Of a stretch of DNA of 64,000 nucleotides, positions 20,966 through 31,927 are shown piece by piece. The translations under genes were made by a program, and so were the position numbers. Within the stretch, counting starts at the first letter, position 1. Every line of letters starts with the position of its first letter. The stretch comes from Spirochaetia bacterium (GTDB lineage Bacteria > Spirochaetota > Spirochaetia > DSM-2461). The DNA is taken from the NCBI GenBank assembly GCA_963666985.2, contig CAXXIA010000002.1:2464001-2528000 (forward strand), written 5' to 3'. The notes beneath the pieces were generated by a model. The model had not been told where the DNA came from and ran no database searches. It saw only the letters and a program-made list of their open reading frames with translations.

Positions 20966-22489
20966 ATGGATAATCCGGTTCACGGAGCTGAAAAATCAAG
21001 TCCTTCCGTACGGCTGCCCGAGGAAATCGTTAAGAAGCTGGCGGATCAGGAATTCGAAATATACTCCTTCAGGGAAATGATGAACCGCCTCCAGGAAGGG
21101 ATTTATATCACCGACAACCGCGGCATCACATTATATGTAAACAGTGCGTTCGTCCATCTTTCGGGGCTCAGCCGGGAAGATCTAATCGGTAAACGGGTTA
21201 ACGATATGAGGGATGACGGCATTCTGCCGAATTCCTGCTGTGCCAAGGTTATCGAAACCCGCCGTCCGGTTATGACGATCAACAATTACTATCACGGTCA
21301 GAAATGTCTGGTCTCCGGTTCTCCGGTTTTTGATCCCGAAGGAAATCTGATACGCACCATTGCCGTTGTCAGAGACGTTTCGGAACTGGACGCGATGGTG
21401 GAGAGTCTCACCCGAAGCGACGGCGGCTGGATGCCGGAAAAACCTCATTATCTGGATGACGAGGGACCGCTGCAGCGGGCTTCTTCCGCGGATACTCCCG
21501 CTCTTCTTCAGTCCGAAGAACCGTTGATGCAGGATATTTATATAAAAGCGTCCCGAATGGCCGATTTGGACAGTACCATGCTGATTGTCGGCGAAACCGG
21601 AACGGGAAAGGACTATTTGGCGGCGGCCATTCATGAAATACGGAAAAAAAGCAAGTCCGGAGAACTGATCAGGATTAACTGCGGCGCCATCCCGGAACAT
21701 CTGATTGAATCGGAACTGTTCGGATATGAAAAGGGGGCTTTTACGGGCGCCGCGCCCGAAGGGCGAAAAGGACTTTTGGAAGCGGCCGGCGAGGGAACAA
21801 TCCTCCTTGATGAGATTGGCGAAATGCCGTATGTGCTTCAGGTGAAACTTCTGAATGTGCTGAACGACAGACAGTTCTATCGCGTCGGCGGCCATCGGAT
21901 GATCGATTTCAAGGCCAGAGTCATCGCCACAACCAATGCGAATTTAGGCGAACAGGTGAAACTGAAAAAATTCAGAGCGGACTTGTTTTACCGTTTGAAT
22001 GTTTTTCGGATCAGTATGCCTCCCCTAAGGCTTCGTCAGGCCGATATCCTGCCGCTTTTAAATCGGTTCCTTAACGATTTTAATCGGGCGTACCGCAAGA
22101 GTCATTCTTTTTCATCCGAATCCCTTCTTATGCTTAAGGACTACCGATGGCCGGGAAATATCCGTGAAATGAAAAATTTCGTGGAAAAAGCCGTTGTTTT
22201 TACAACCGGAGAACCGATGAGACCGGATGATGTAACGGCCGTCCTCACGTCCGATATCGATTTATCGGCCTTGGATGAAAATCGTGAAACCGATATCAAG
22301 CGCCCATTCGGTACGGGGGGAATTGTTGAAAAACAGAACCTGAAGGAAGCTATGGATGCGTATGAAGAGCGTCTTTTGAAGAGGACTATCGCCGATTCAA
22401 AAACGCTCAGGGACGCGGCCGATTCTCTCGGTATAGATTTTTCGACTCTGATGCGCAAGAAGAGAAAGTATGGACTGAGCCGGCAATAA
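20966..22489 (+). CDS. PAS-domain sigma54-dependent transcriptional activator
   Basis: PAS domain; 'GETGTGKD', '[15 protein letters not shown]', 'WPGNIRE', Fis-type HTH. Confidence 0.93.
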   Translation: MDNPVHGAEKSSPSVRLPEEIVKKLADQEFEIYSFREMMNRLQEGIYITDNRGITLYVNSAFVHLSGLSREDLIGKRVNDMRDDGILPNSCCAKVIETRRPVMTINNYYHGQKCLVSGSPVFDPEGNLIRTIAVVRDVSELDAMVESLTRSDGGWMPEKPHYLDDEGPLQRASSADTPALLQSEEPLMQDIYIKASRMADLDSTMLIVGETGTGKDYLAAAIHEIRKKSKSGELIRINCGAIPEHLIESELFGYEKGAFTGAAPEGRKGLLEAAGEGTILLDEIGEMPYVLQVKLLNVLNDRQFYRVGGHRMIDFKARVIATTNANLGEQVKLKKFRADLFYRLNVFRISMPPLRLRQADILPLLNRFLNDFNRAYRKSHSFSSESLLMLKDYRWPGNIREMKNFVEKAVVFTTGEPMRPDDVTAVLTSDIDLSALDENRETDIKRPFGTGGIVEKQNLKEAMDAYEERLLKRTIADSKTLRDAADSLGIDFSTLMRKKRKYGLSRQ

Positions 22490-22616
22490 CTGCTGCCGCG
22501 GAAGTCATCGCTGATCCGTATGCCTTTTCGGCTGGAAACGGGATTCCCCTTTCCCGGAGCATCCGCGGACGTCGCCGTCGGATGTTTTATTCATTATGAT
22601 GAACATGGAGGATTAT

Positions 22617-23396
22617 ATGACCGGTCACGATATCGACTACGAAGTCATAGGCGAGGGTGTGCAGTTCGCGGAAATAACTCTCGATCCCGGTGAAACCGTT
22701 ATTGCCGAAGCCGGAGCCATGGTTTACATGGAAGAGGGAATTTCCTGGGAAGCGAAAATGGGGGACGGTTCGAATCCCGACCAAGGGATTATGGGTAAAC
22801 TGTTCTCGGCCGGAAAGCGCATGCTGGCGGGTGAAAGTCTTTTTCTAACCCATTTTACGAATAACGCATCGTCACGGAAAGCGGTCGGTTTCGCGGGGAA
22901 CATTCCGGGGAGCGTCGTCGGCATTGATCTTTCCAAGATCGGCGGCGCCATTACGTGCCAGCGCGATGCTTTTCTCTGTGCGGCGAAAGGTACGAAGATC
23001 ACCGTTACCTTCACGAAAAGATTGGGAGCGGGTTTTTTCGGCGGTGAGGGCTTCATTCTTGAGAGGGCCGTCGGCGACGGGAAATTCGTCGTGCATGCCG
23101 GGGGGAAGGTTATCAAGAAGCAGCTCCAGGGTGAGACGCTCCGAGTGGATACCGGGTGTTTGGTCGCCTTTACCGACGGGATTGATTACGATATCGCCCC
23201 CGCCGGGAATGTCGGTTCCATGCTTTTCGGAGGAGAAGGATTGTTTGTTACGACCTTAAGCGGATCGGGAACGGTGCTGCTCCAGAGCACGCCGGCCTCG
23301 AGGATGTCGCAGTCTCTGATGAAAAATCTGCCTTCTCAAGGCGGAACAGGCAACAAACCGCTTGGCAATCTGGGGGACATTATCAACAGACTCTAG
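22617..23396 (+). CDS. AIM24 / TIGR00266 family protein
   Basis: '[14 protein letters not shown]', 'GESLF', 'GFFGGEGF', 'FGGEGLF'. Confidence 0.9.
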   Translation: MTGHDIDYEVIGEGVQFAEITLDPGETVIAEAGAMVYMEEGISWEAKMGDGSNPDQGIMGKLFSAGKRMLAGESLFLTHFTNNASSRKAVGFAGNIPGSVVGIDLSKIGGAITCQRDAFLCAAKGTKITVTFTKRLGAGFFGGEGFILERAVGDGKFVVHAGGKVIKKQLQGETLRVDTGCLVAFTDGIDYDIAPAGNVGSMLFGGEGLFVTTLSGSGTVLLQSTPASRMSQSLMKNLPSQGGTGNKPLGNLGDIINRL

Positions 23397-23420
23397 GCGG
23401 TTCGTGATGAAATCCGCCTT

Positions 23421-23459
23421 TCCCGCATCCGGGCGTTCGAACCGCCGGATGCGGGATTT
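23421..23459. terminator. Stem-loop between convergent genes
   Basis: tcccgcatccgg...ccggatgcggga 12-bp stem followed by ttt. Confidence 0.6.
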
Positions 23460-23514
23460 ATGGATCGCCGAATCGGCATTGTCCCATTCGGCCTTATCTT
23501 AACGGTGTCCGCGC

Positions 23515-24525
23515 CTATTCGAAGTATTCGAAGGCGTCGATGATGTCGAGATAGACTCCGTCGAATCCCGCATCAACGATATACCCCAGAATGCTCTCGT
23601 CGCTTCCGAAGATAATGGCCCGCCACTCTTCATCCCAATAACGCACCTTGTAGTTCCCCGGCCAGTCGGGATTCTCTTTGGCGAGCCATGAGGGAGGATT
23701 CACATTCCATGTGGAATCCCAATACGAGCGGTAGTCCTCGGCCTCGCCGATACTCATATAAGCGATAACCAGACGGCTTCCGTCTGTCGCTTTGGTTTTT
23801 AAACCCGAGATTTGCTCCGAAGTGTATTCTTCGGTTCCGTTCCAATAGGCATCGATAAGAACAATGTCGTGTTCCGTAGCCTCCAAAGCCGCAAGAAACT
23901 CATCTTTCGAGGCGTATGTTTCGGGATTGATAAGGTAGAGAAAATTGGCGGCTTCGGCGAGGCCGGTGATGTCCTCTGTTGATTCTCCGGTAAGAGGGTT
24001 CGGGTAGGCCGGAATAACTTCCAGCTCCCGGGAAGGAGCCGGAAAAGAGATGTAGCCTCGGGCCGATGCTTTACTTATGGCATCATCGGCTTTTGCCTCA
24101 TCAGTGGAATCCGTAAAGGCTCCGTCGGCCACATAATCGATAACGAGAGCTTCTACGCCGTTCTCTTCCGCCAAGTCCAGGAATTCTTCAAGCCATTGAG
24201 TTTCTTCGGCCGGAGTGGCCTCTCCGTCTTCGTTCCATCCGTAGTAAAGATCTTCCCTGCCGGTTCCGTCGATGGCCGCAATGTAGGATTCGGCGAGCGT
24301 TCCCTCCGGTTCGCCCTCAAAGGTGAAGAGTTCCTGGCCGTTTTGGGGAATTATAAGAAATCCCGGCTCCCTGGTTTTGGCCCATGCTGAAATATCGATG
24401 ACGAAATCGCGCATTTCGGCCCGATAATCACGGTCGTCGGAGGTAAGAGCGCAGGAGAAAAAAATCAGAAGGCTTCCGGGAATCATGGCTAAAAGCCGGA
24501 ACGGTACAGTTCTCTTATTATTCAT
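23515..24525 (-). CDS. Lipoprotein, MJ1477/TM1410 (endo-alpha-1,4-polygalactosaminidase-like) glycoside hydrolase
   Basis: Lipobox 'FFSC'; 'IIPQNG', 'AYMSIGEAEDYRSYW', 'GFDGVYLD'. Confidence 0.82.
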   Translation of the reverse strand: MNNKRTVPFRLLAMIPGSLLIFFSCALTSDDRDYRAEMRDFVIDISAWAKTREPGFLIIPQNGQELFTFEGEPEGTLAESYIAAIDGTGREDLYYGWNEDGEATPAEETQWLEEFLDLAEENGVEALVIDYVADGAFTDSTDEAKADDAISKASARGYISFPAPSRELEVIPAYPNPLTGESTEDITGLAEAANFLYLINPETYASKDEFLAALEATEHDIVLIDAYWNGTEEYTSEQISGLKTKATDGSRLVIAYMSIGEAEDYRSYWDSTWNVNPPSWLAKENPDWPGNYKVRYWDEEWRAIIFGSDESILGYIVDAGFDGVYLDIIDAFEYFE

Positions 24526-24689
24526 GGCAAGGGGAATTCTATACCGTCTCTCGCCGGGATTCCATTTTTTCGCGCATCATCGGTTTGCCCCAAAATCCCT
24601 GATGGGACAATAACCTCTCTGAAAAACCGGAGAGGTGTCGGAACGCTTCACCAGTGACATTTCTTTATGTTCTTACTTATATTGAGAAG

Positions 24690-25655
24690 ATGCTGAGTTG
24701 TTCCAAAGTCAAACTTAACCGCAGTGATATCGAAAGGATTATGCGGAAAGTCTTTGGTTCAAAAACCCGGGTTGTGTCCGTAAAGGAAAACAATGAGGGT
24801 TGGTTCAATGCTTTGTATGCCGTTTCTCTTCAAGGCTTGCCGGATGTTTTTCTAAAAGTCGCGCCGCCTCCGGAACTCCCCGTTCTTCGGTATGAAAAAG
24901 GACTACTGGCGACGGAGGTGGAGGTTCTGAAGATCTTTGAAAAGAATCCGGAGATTCCTTCGCCATCCGTTTTTTTTGCCGATTTTGGAAAAGAACTCAT
25001 CAATACGGATTATTTCGTCATGGAAAAGCTGGAGGGGGAATCACTTTTCAAAATCAAAGATTCTATTGATGCTGAAGTGCTCAAAAGAATTAATATCCAT
25101 AAGGGGCAAATCAATCAGGCTATTAACTCCATACATGGTGAACAATTTGGTATTTTCGGTTCCGAACATGAAAAATTCGGGAACTGGCAATCGGCTTTTT
25201 TGGGAATGGTGGATGATATTCTTGCCGATGCCGAGGATTTCGGCGTTGAAATGCCTTTTTCTTTAAGCCGAATAAGAAGCTTCTTTTCCGAATTCGCCGA
25301 TGATCTTGATTTCGTTACAAGACCGTGTTTGGTCCATTGGGATCTGCATGACGGTAATATTCTTATAAAAGACAAGAACAGTATTGCGGGAATCATCGAT
25401 TGTGACCGTGCGCTCTGGGGCGATCCCGCTATCGAGTATTACTTTTCAAGAATGTTTCCTTCTCCCGAAGAATTTTTTCAGGGATATGGATTGGCTGTTT
25501 GGGAAGAAGATTCGTTTGTCTCAAGGAGAAACATGTACGATTTATATCTCACATTAATTTTCGTAACCGAGTGCCGATCCCGAGACATAAAGGATTCGGA
25601 ACATATTAAATGGGCGCACGGTATGCTGAACTCTCAGATTAAGAAGTTCTTATGA
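24690..25655 (+). CDS. Aminoglycoside phosphotransferase / kinase-like family protein
   Basis: 'GWFNALY', 'LKVAPP', 'HWDLHDGNI', 'IIDCDRALWGDP'. Confidence 0.85.
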   Translation: MLSCSKVKLNRSDIERIMRKVFGSKTRVVSVKENNEGWFNALYAVSLQGLPDVFLKVAPPPELPVLRYEKGLLATEVEVLKIFEKNPEIPSPSVFFADFGKELINTDYFVMEKLEGESLFKIKDSIDAEVLKRINIHKGQINQAINSIHGEQFGIFGSEHEKFGNWQSAFLGMVDDILADAEDFGVEMPFSLSRIRSFFSEFADDLDFVTRPCLVHWDLHDGNILIKDKNSIAGIIDCDRALWGDPAIEYYFSRMFPSPEEFFQGYGLAVWEEDSFVSRRNMYDLYLTLIFVTECRSRDIKDSEHIKWAHGMLNSQIKKFL

Positions 25656-26190
25656 ACGGAGAAACCACACAGAAGAGCATTGTTTTGCCGTGTGCCTCGT
25701 ATAATCCGAATACCGGGATTCTTGAGTTATGATTGATTTCAAGCGTAACAGCGTTTTTCCCGCCATTGAGTTCAAAAAAGGGGCGGAAGATCTTGCCATA
25801 CAGCCCCATGTTCATAAAATGCAGTCGATTTTCTATTCGAGAAATTGGCGAAGCTGCTCCTCATCGGCCGGAAACGGGAAAAAGTGCAATCTTGTGAGGA
25901 GCTTTTTCGTCCCGGATTAATCCGTTTGGTGATTCCGCTTTTCAGCTGCTTGCTGCAGCAGCCTGTATCGGCAACGCCGTCACAGGCGGTTAGCGGCGAA
26001 GAGACGGACGTGCCTGATGAAATGAGAAAACCGGCAAACTTCATGGAGTTCGGATTGGAATATGCTGTTAATGCGGATGTACTAACGCATGCCGGATGAC
26101 TAGAAAACCGTACTAGTCCTTTTATACCTCTGCAACTGTTTTCTAACACATGGCATACTTTTGTCATTATCTTCGTGCGAGGTTGTTCTG

Positions 26191-27876
26191 ATGAAGTTGA
26201 ATACGAAACCCTGGAAATTTCTTGATGAGTATCGAGGTACTTTTTTTACCGGTGAATGGCCCACCTTGCCGGAGATGCTGAAGATTACAGTTGATCGTTA
26301 TCCCGAGAGGAGGGCGTTTACCGCTTTTTCTCCGGCGCTCTTGGAGTTCACTTATTCCGAAGTACTGACCGAGGTGAAAAAAATCGGAGCCTACTTAACT
26401 TCCCTTGGAATTAAAAAGGGAGACAAGGTTGGGGTTACGGGAAAAAACTCACCGGAATGGTCTTTGGCCTATCTGGGAATCCTTTTCGCGGGGGGGATCG
26501 TTATCCCTTTGGATTACGGCTTAAAAAATAAAGAAATCGCCGGACTCATGAAGATCGCCGGAGTCGATGTTCTTTTCTGTGATGAAGAAAAGCATGAGTT
26601 CTTTTCCGATATGGAATTGAAAGAGCTTATTTCCCTGGCTGCGGGGACGGGCCGGTATCTTTTGGATTTGAGGATCGACGCCGCGGCCGAAAAGGAAAAT
26701 GCGGCGGAAATGCCGTCGGAAGACGATTTGGCGGCCATCCTGTTTACCTCGGGTACTACGGGCGTGGCCAAGGGCGTCATGCTGACTCATAAGAATCTGG
26801 TAAGCGACTGCTATCAGGCCCAGGCCAATATGAACATTTTCCATACGGATGTGTTTTACGCCCTTTTGCCGCTGCATCATTCTTACTCCATGCTTGCCGT
26901 TTTTATTGAAGCCGTATCCGTGGGAGCGGAGATTGTCTTCGCGAAGGCTTTGGCCGTCGGGCAGATTCTCAAAGACCTGAAGCAGGGCAAGGTCACCATG
27001 TTCCTGGGCATCCCCATGCTGTTCAATAAGCTGATTAAAGGGCTGATGAAGGGAATCAGGGAGAAAGGCATCCTCGTTTACGGGCTGATTCGCTTCCTGA
27101 TGGGCGTCAGCGGGATCATCAAGAAATATTTCCATGTAAATCCCGGAAAGAAGATGTTCAACGGACTTCTGGCAAAGCTGTCTCTGGACACCAACCGCAT
27201 CTGTATCTGCGGCGGAGGCCCCCTCCCGGCGTCCACGTTTAAGATGTTCAACCAGCTGGGCATCGATTTCGTTCAGGGGTACGGCTTAACCGAGACGTCT
27301 CCCATCGTCGCTTTGAATCCCAAGGAAGCCTATAAGGAAGATTCGGTGGGCAAGATGATTCCGGGAACCGAAACCCGCATTCTCGATCCGGACGAAGAAG
27401 GCTGCGGCGAGATCGCCATTCGGGGTTCGATGGTGATGCGGGGGTATTACAAGAATGAGGCGGCTACGAAAGAGAGCATTACCGAGGACGGATTTCTGAA
27501 GACAGGCGACGTGGGTTACCTGGATGAAGAGAATTACCTCTATCTGACCGGCAGAGCCAAGTCCCTCATCGTTACAGAGGGCGGCAAGAATGTTTTCCCC
27601 GAAGAAATTGAAGACAAATTCCAGCTTTATGACGAGGTTGAGCAGATTCTGGTTCGCGGCTATATGCTGGATGCGAAGATGAAGAGTGAGGGAATAGAGG
27701 CCTTGATTTATCCCGGAGAGAACGCCGGGGACATTCCAAAATCCCGGTTTCAGGCCATCATTGATGCGGTAAATCTTGAATTGAAGCCTTATCAGAAGAT
27801 TATGCGGTTTTCCGTATTGGATGAACCCATGGCGATGACCACCACCAAGAAGATTAAGCGGTTCGCGGTGGAGTAG
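26191..27876 (+). CDS. fadD: Long-chain fatty acid-CoA ligase
   Basis: 'FTSGTTGVAKG', 'QGYGLTETSP', 'TGDVG', 'GKNVFPEEIE'. Confidence 0.88.
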   Translation: MKLNTKPWKFLDEYRGTFFTGEWPTLPEMLKITVDRYPERRAFTAFSPALLEFTYSEVLTEVKKIGAYLTSLGIKKGDKVGVTGKNSPEWSLAYLGILFAGGIVIPLDYGLKNKEIAGLMKIAGVDVLFCDEEKHEFFSDMELKELISLAAGTGRYLLDLRIDAAAEKENAAEMPSEDDLAAILFTSGTTGVAKGVMLTHKNLVSDCYQAQANMNIFHTDVFYALLPLHHSYSMLAVFIEAVSVGAEIVFAKALAVGQILKDLKQGKVTMFLGIPMLFNKLIKGLMKGIREKGILVYGLIRFLMGVSGIIKKYFHVNPGKKMFNGLLAKLSLDTNRICICGGGPLPASTFKMFNQLGIDFVQGYGLTETSPIVALNPKEAYKEDSVGKMIPGTETRILDPDEEGCGEIAIRGSMVMRGYYKNEAATKESITEDGFLKTGDVGYLDEENYLYLTGRAKSLIVTEGGKNVFPEEIEDKFQLYDEVEQILVRGYMLDAKMKSEGIEALIYPGENAGDIPKSRFQAIIDAVNLELKPYQKIMRFSVLDEPMAMTTTKKIKRFAVE

Positions 27877-28075
27877 TGGCGGCGCGGTAACGAAAAAGTC
27901 TTGGCGCCGCACAGCTGTGCTAACCGCGATTGAGGGCGGACGGCAGGCGGGGAATCCTGCTTCATGAAAGGCACCGCACGGCGGTTTGCTCCGCCGGGGC
28001 GCCGGGGGGGGAAAGAATCGGGAGAGTTTGTGAAGAGGGGCCGGAGCCGCCGTGAGAAGCGGTTCCCGATTCTTC

Positions 28076-29413
28076 TTAAAATCCCATTTTTTTCAATTCC
28101 GCCACGATCGCTACATATTCTTCGGCAATATCAAAACCGCTGTAATCTTTCCGCATAAGATCAATCTGATCGGCGTGGGAAATCCCTCTTTTTTCGGCAC
28201 TCTTGAAGGTTCCCTTAAAAACACCCCATTTTGCCGATTCCTCCGTAACCAGTCCGTCGTTGTTTCCCGCCTTCAACTTCATGACGGCGAAAGGGATGCT
28301 GAGTAAGGCATGACTTGTCGGTTTTTTCATTACCGCGGCATAGCTCTGGTAATAGACCTCCGGACGATCCGGATTTTCTTTATTGAAGGTTTCCATGGAG
28401 GTAGGAGAGAGCTGACGGCTTGCCGAATATGCATCGGGATTCTTATCACCAAGTTTTCTAAAGTTGTTATTGATGGCTTCACAAAGCTTTTTGTACCTGG
28501 ATTCCTTCATTTTGAACAAAGTGTTCATAAGCTCGGAGCCCCTGTGTGGTGTTGAAATGGTGGTTGGGGATGCGACTTTCCCCGCCATATTCAGGGAACT
28601 GATCATGTATCGGGCGTCCAGACCTCCCTTGGAATGGGCGATGATATTGACTTTTTTACTTCCCGTTTTTTCCAGGAACGCAAGGAGCTGATCCTTTATT
28701 TCCATTCCGCAGTTTTCAATGGTGCCCCATGCCTGCTGTCGGCCGTATTCGATAACGGCGCCGTTTTTAATCAGTAATGTCGGGATTCTTCCCCAATAAT
28801 TTATATATTCGTAGTCTCTGAATCCGATACCATGCAGCAGGAGAAGCGGATACCTTGTCGCGCAAATTTGAGATTGTGCGCGAGCATTTTGACGTTCCGT
28901 CTTCAGGATTTCATAGGTGTATTCTTTCTTCACAATTCTGCAGCCATAGAGTCCTAGAGCGATGTTTACGATCGGTATCCAAGAGAAAACGATGAACGGA
29001 ACTCTGTAGGTAAGTCCTAATCTTCCGGATGTGAGGAATATCCGAATCGCCCCATTCAATAAAAATAAAAGTGTAACGGCTGATGTCGTTACGATGTCGG
29101 CAAGGAATAATTCTCGGGAGATTTGGAAAGATTCCCGATATTTCCCGCCGAGTATTACAAGCGGAATTTGGAGAAACAAAGCACATAAAGAGGCGATGAA
29201 AATTCGGCGGCCGCCCATCATGATTCGGAAGCGAAGATTGATTTCTACGGGAGGTTTTGGAGTATGGAGCGCAAAACGGATAAGGAAGAAAAGGGAAACG
29301 ACCGAAATGATGATTTTCGCCGGAATGACTCCGGAAGCGGGTAACGTATCGATTATTCGAAACAGATACAGGATATGAGGAGAAACAGCCAGCAGAATTA
29401 TTCTCGGTATCAT
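28076..29413 (-). CDS. Membrane-anchored alpha/beta-hydrolase (triacylglycerol lipase-like)
   Basis: N-terminal TM helices; 'YPLLLLHG', 'AHSKGG', 'TPHRGS', 'NDGLV', 'ISHAD'. Confidence 0.85.
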   Translation of the reverse strand: MIPRIILLAVSPHILYLFRIIDTLPASGVIPAKIIISVVSLFFLIRFALHTPKPPVEINLRFRIMMGGRRIFIASLCALFLQIPLVILGGKYRESFQISRELFLADIVTTSAVTLLFLLNGAIRIFLTSGRLGLTYRVPFIVFSWIPIVNIALGLYGCRIVKKEYTYEILKTERQNARAQSQICATRYPLLLLHGIGFRDYEYINYWGRIPTLLIKNGAVIEYGRQQAWGTIENCGMEIKDQLLAFLEKTGSKKVNIIAHSKGGLDARYMISSLNMAGKVASPTTISTPHRGSELMNTLFKMKESRYKKLCEAINNNFRKLGDKNPDAYSASRQLSPTSMETFNKENPDRPEVYYQSYAAVMKKPTSHALLSIPFAVMKLKAGNNDGLVTEESAKWGVFKGTFKSAEKRGISHADQIDLMRKDYSGFDIAEEYVAIVAELKKMGF

Positions 29414-29636
29414 ATAAAACAGATTATAACTTCATAGACCATAAGAATCCGGTTAATTCATTCGACTGATCCTGAACCGATAGTTGCCCGATCGAAGAAG
29501 GAACGCCGATAACACACTCCATGGAGAGAAGATGATAAGCAGTTAATGATGATGTTCAATCATCAAAGAGTGATTGAACCGGGTAATCAAAGTAACGGAG
29601 TTATTCAGGTTCTGTTTCTTCTTAAAGGAGTTTGTA

Positions 29637-29674
29637 TTGGCATAATATACTATATGTATGTATAGTATATTATG
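29637..29674 (+). promoter_or_regulatory. Probable leaderless promoter overlapped by a perfect 14-bp inverted repeat
   Basis: TTGGCA-18-TATAGT ends 5 nt before the ATG; CATAATATACTATA-N6-TATAGTATATTATG at 29641-29674. Confidence 0.6.
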
Positions 29675-31912
29675 GACCTTCTTGAGAAGCTCGGCATCCT
29701 CGCGGATTCGGCCAAATATGATGTGTCCTGCGCTTCAAGCGGCAGCAGTCGAACCGGGGGGAATGGATTCGGTACCACCCGATCTTGGGGTGTGTGTCAT
29801 ACCTGGTCCGCTGACGGCCGCTGTGTTTCACTGCTGAAGCTGCTTTTTTCCAATGTCTGCATTTACGATTGCGCGTACTGCATCAATCGTCGGAGCAATG
29901 ATATCCTCCGCACGTCTTTCACCGTGGATGAGCTGGTCGACCTGACGGTGAATTTCTACAAGCGGAACTACATTGAGGGTTTGTTCCTCAGTTCCGGTGT
30001 TTTCGGCGATCCCGACTATACCATGGACAAGCTGATCCGCGTTGCCCGCCGTCTGCGAAAGGACGAGGGGTTTCGGGGATATATTCACCTAAAGATTATC
30101 CCCGGAACAACACGCCGTTTTGTTGAAGAGGCAGGCCGATACGCGGACCGATTAAGCGTGAATATTGAACTCCCCTCCGAATCCAGTCTTCGTCGGCTGG
30201 CTCCTCAGAAAAGTAAAGGGTCCATTGTCGGTGTTATGAATCATCTGACCGAAAAAATGGAGGAAAACCGGGAAGAGGGCACACGGTATTCCCGGCCATC
30301 GCCGTCTTTTGCTCCGGCGGGTCAGTCCACCCAGCTTATCGTCGGAGCCAGTCCCGAGACCGATCGAACCATTATGAATCTTTCTTCTTATTTTTATCGC
30401 AGGCTGAAATTACGCCGGGTTTATTACTCCGCCTTCGTTCCGGTGAATACCGACGGTCCGCTTTCCCATGTCGCCGGTGCTCCCATGCATCGGGAGCACC
30501 GGCTGTATCAGGCTGACTGGCTTATCCGTCTTTATAAGTTCGATGTCTCCGAATTATTTGAAGATGATGATGAGAGTATCGATGGTAATCTTGATCCCAA
30601 AACGCAGTGGGCGCTGCGGCATTATCATCTGTTTCCCGTCGAAGTGGTCGGGGCGGATTATGAAACACTGCTTCGAACTCCCGGCATCGGATTTCGTTCG
30701 GCGGAGAGAATCGTCCGCTATCGGAGAAATACCCGGCTTGATTTCGCCATGCTTAAAAAGTTCGGCGTTGTTCTCAAAAGGGCTCGATACTTTATTACCT
30801 GTCATGGGGTGCATCTGGAGCCGCGTGAGCTTGCCGTGGAGAGTCTGCGCGATCTTCTCGCGGATTCTTCTTGTCCGCCGGCCGCCGTTGGGGGAAAAGC
30901 GAGTAGCGATCCATACGGAAAGGCGTCCGGAGAGGCTTTATCGACAAAGCAGCTTCTTCTTTTCGGAGGAGAAGCGGAACCGTATGTGAAATGCGGGAAG
31001 AGCGGCCGATATTCAGCCGGAGAGGATGACGCGAAAGAACAGCCGGTACACGGAGCAAAGGGTACCCGAGTGGCGGAAACGTCGGGTGCCGCAGCGGACA
31101 ACTCCTCCGGAATCCGTGAGGTATTCTTCCGATACGATGGAACCTTTACCGGTTTGCTCTCCCTTCTTGAAAAGCTTCGGAACAATCCCGAACTTGTTCC
31201 CGTGAAAATTGAACGTTCCTCAAATTCGGAATTATCTCCGCGAAACGAAGATTTCTTTCGCGATACGGTTTGCATCATCAACGATCGGTCGGCGGCGGAT
31301 CGCTTCATCGAGCGCTTCGTAAAGAAAGAATCCCTTCAATCCCTGGAACTTGTGCATTCCGCGTTTTTATCGGAAAAACCCGATATAGAGATGGCGATTG
31401 TCGATTTTTGCCGAGGTTCGGTTTCACGGAACCTCATCGGGCGAGAAGATTCCTCCGATTCCAAAGGAGCTTCTTTTGTTCTTTTGGAAAACGCGGAGCG
31501 GCGATTCTTCAGAGAGATTGAACGGTTTTTGGGATTCTTGCGTTTTCACAGAAATAAGGACGGTTTGTTCGTGGCGGAAATGGAACCGGAATGTAATATT
31601 CTCTCCGATCTTGCGCCCTTGATGGTTGAGAGAATGTCTTCCCAAAAGTGGTGCATCATAGATCGAAAAAGAAATCGAGCGGCGTTCCACTCCCAAGGCC
31701 GTCTTGCGTTTCATGCCGTCTCTTCCGGTGACGTTCTCCGAATCGACTGTTCGGAGGCCGAAGAGGAAGATGAAAACATTGCTCTCTGGCGTCATTATAT
31801 TGAACGCATCGCCGTGAAGGAGCGAATTAATACCGCCCTTCAGCGGCATTTTCTTCCCCAAAAGTATCATCGTTATCTGACGGAAATGAACAAATCCCGT
31901 ACGGCGCGATAA
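29672..31912 (+). CDS. Putative DNA modification/repair radical SAM protein (TIGR03916-type, HhH) fused to a DUF4130/TIGR03915 domain
   Basis: 'ADSAKYDVSCASSG', CxxxCxxC (CIYDCAYC), 'REHRLYQADWL', HhH 'PGIG'; C-terminal 'YDGTFTGLL...GFLRF...PECNIL...LWRHY...FLPQKY'. Confidence 0.88.
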   Translation: MDLLEKLGILADSAKYDVSCASSGSSRTGGNGFGTTRSWGVCHTWSADGRCVSLLKLLFSNVCIYDCAYCINRRSNDILRTSFTVDELVDLTVNFYKRNYIEGLFLSSGVFGDPDYTMDKLIRVARRLRKDEGFRGYIHLKIIPGTTRRFVEEAGRYADRLSVNIELPSESSLRRLAPQKSKGSIVGVMNHLTEKMEENREEGTRYSRPSPSFAPAGQSTQLIVGASPETDRTIMNLSSYFYRRLKLRRVYYSAFVPVNTDGPLSHVAGAPMHREHRLYQADWLIRLYKFDVSELFEDDDESIDGNLDPKTQWALRHYHLFPVEVVGADYETLLRTPGIGFRSAERIVRYRRNTRLDFAMLKKFGVVLKRARYFITCHGVHLEPRELAVESLRDLLADSSCPPAAVGGKASSDPYGKASGEALSTKQLLLFGGEAEPYVKCGKSGRYSAGEDDAKEQPVHGAKGTRVAETSGAAADNSSGIREVFFRYDGTFTGLLSLLEKLRNNPELVPVKIERSSNSELSPRNEDFFRDTVCIINDRSAADRFIERFVKKESLQSLELVHSAFLSEKPDIEMAIVDFCRGSVSRNLIGREDSSDSKGASFVLLENAERRFFREIERFLGFLRFHRNKDGLFVAEMEPECNILSDLAPLMVERMSSQKWCIIDRKRNRAAFHSQGRLAFHAVSSGDVLRIDCSEAEEEDENIALWRHYIERIAVKERINTALQRHFLPQKYHRYLTEMNKSRTAR

Positions 31913-31927
31913 ACGGAGGTTTTTCCG

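Noticed and set aside
24690..25655. Aminoglycoside resistance gene
   Set aside because: Only the general APH/choline-kinase fold motifs are present, with no resistance or mobile context.
26010..26065. CTGATGA...GAAA hammerhead-like core and GGCAAAC c-di-GMP-riboswitch-like start
   Set aside because: No stem II or III for a hammerhead, and no GEMM second hairpin or GCAAAG motif.
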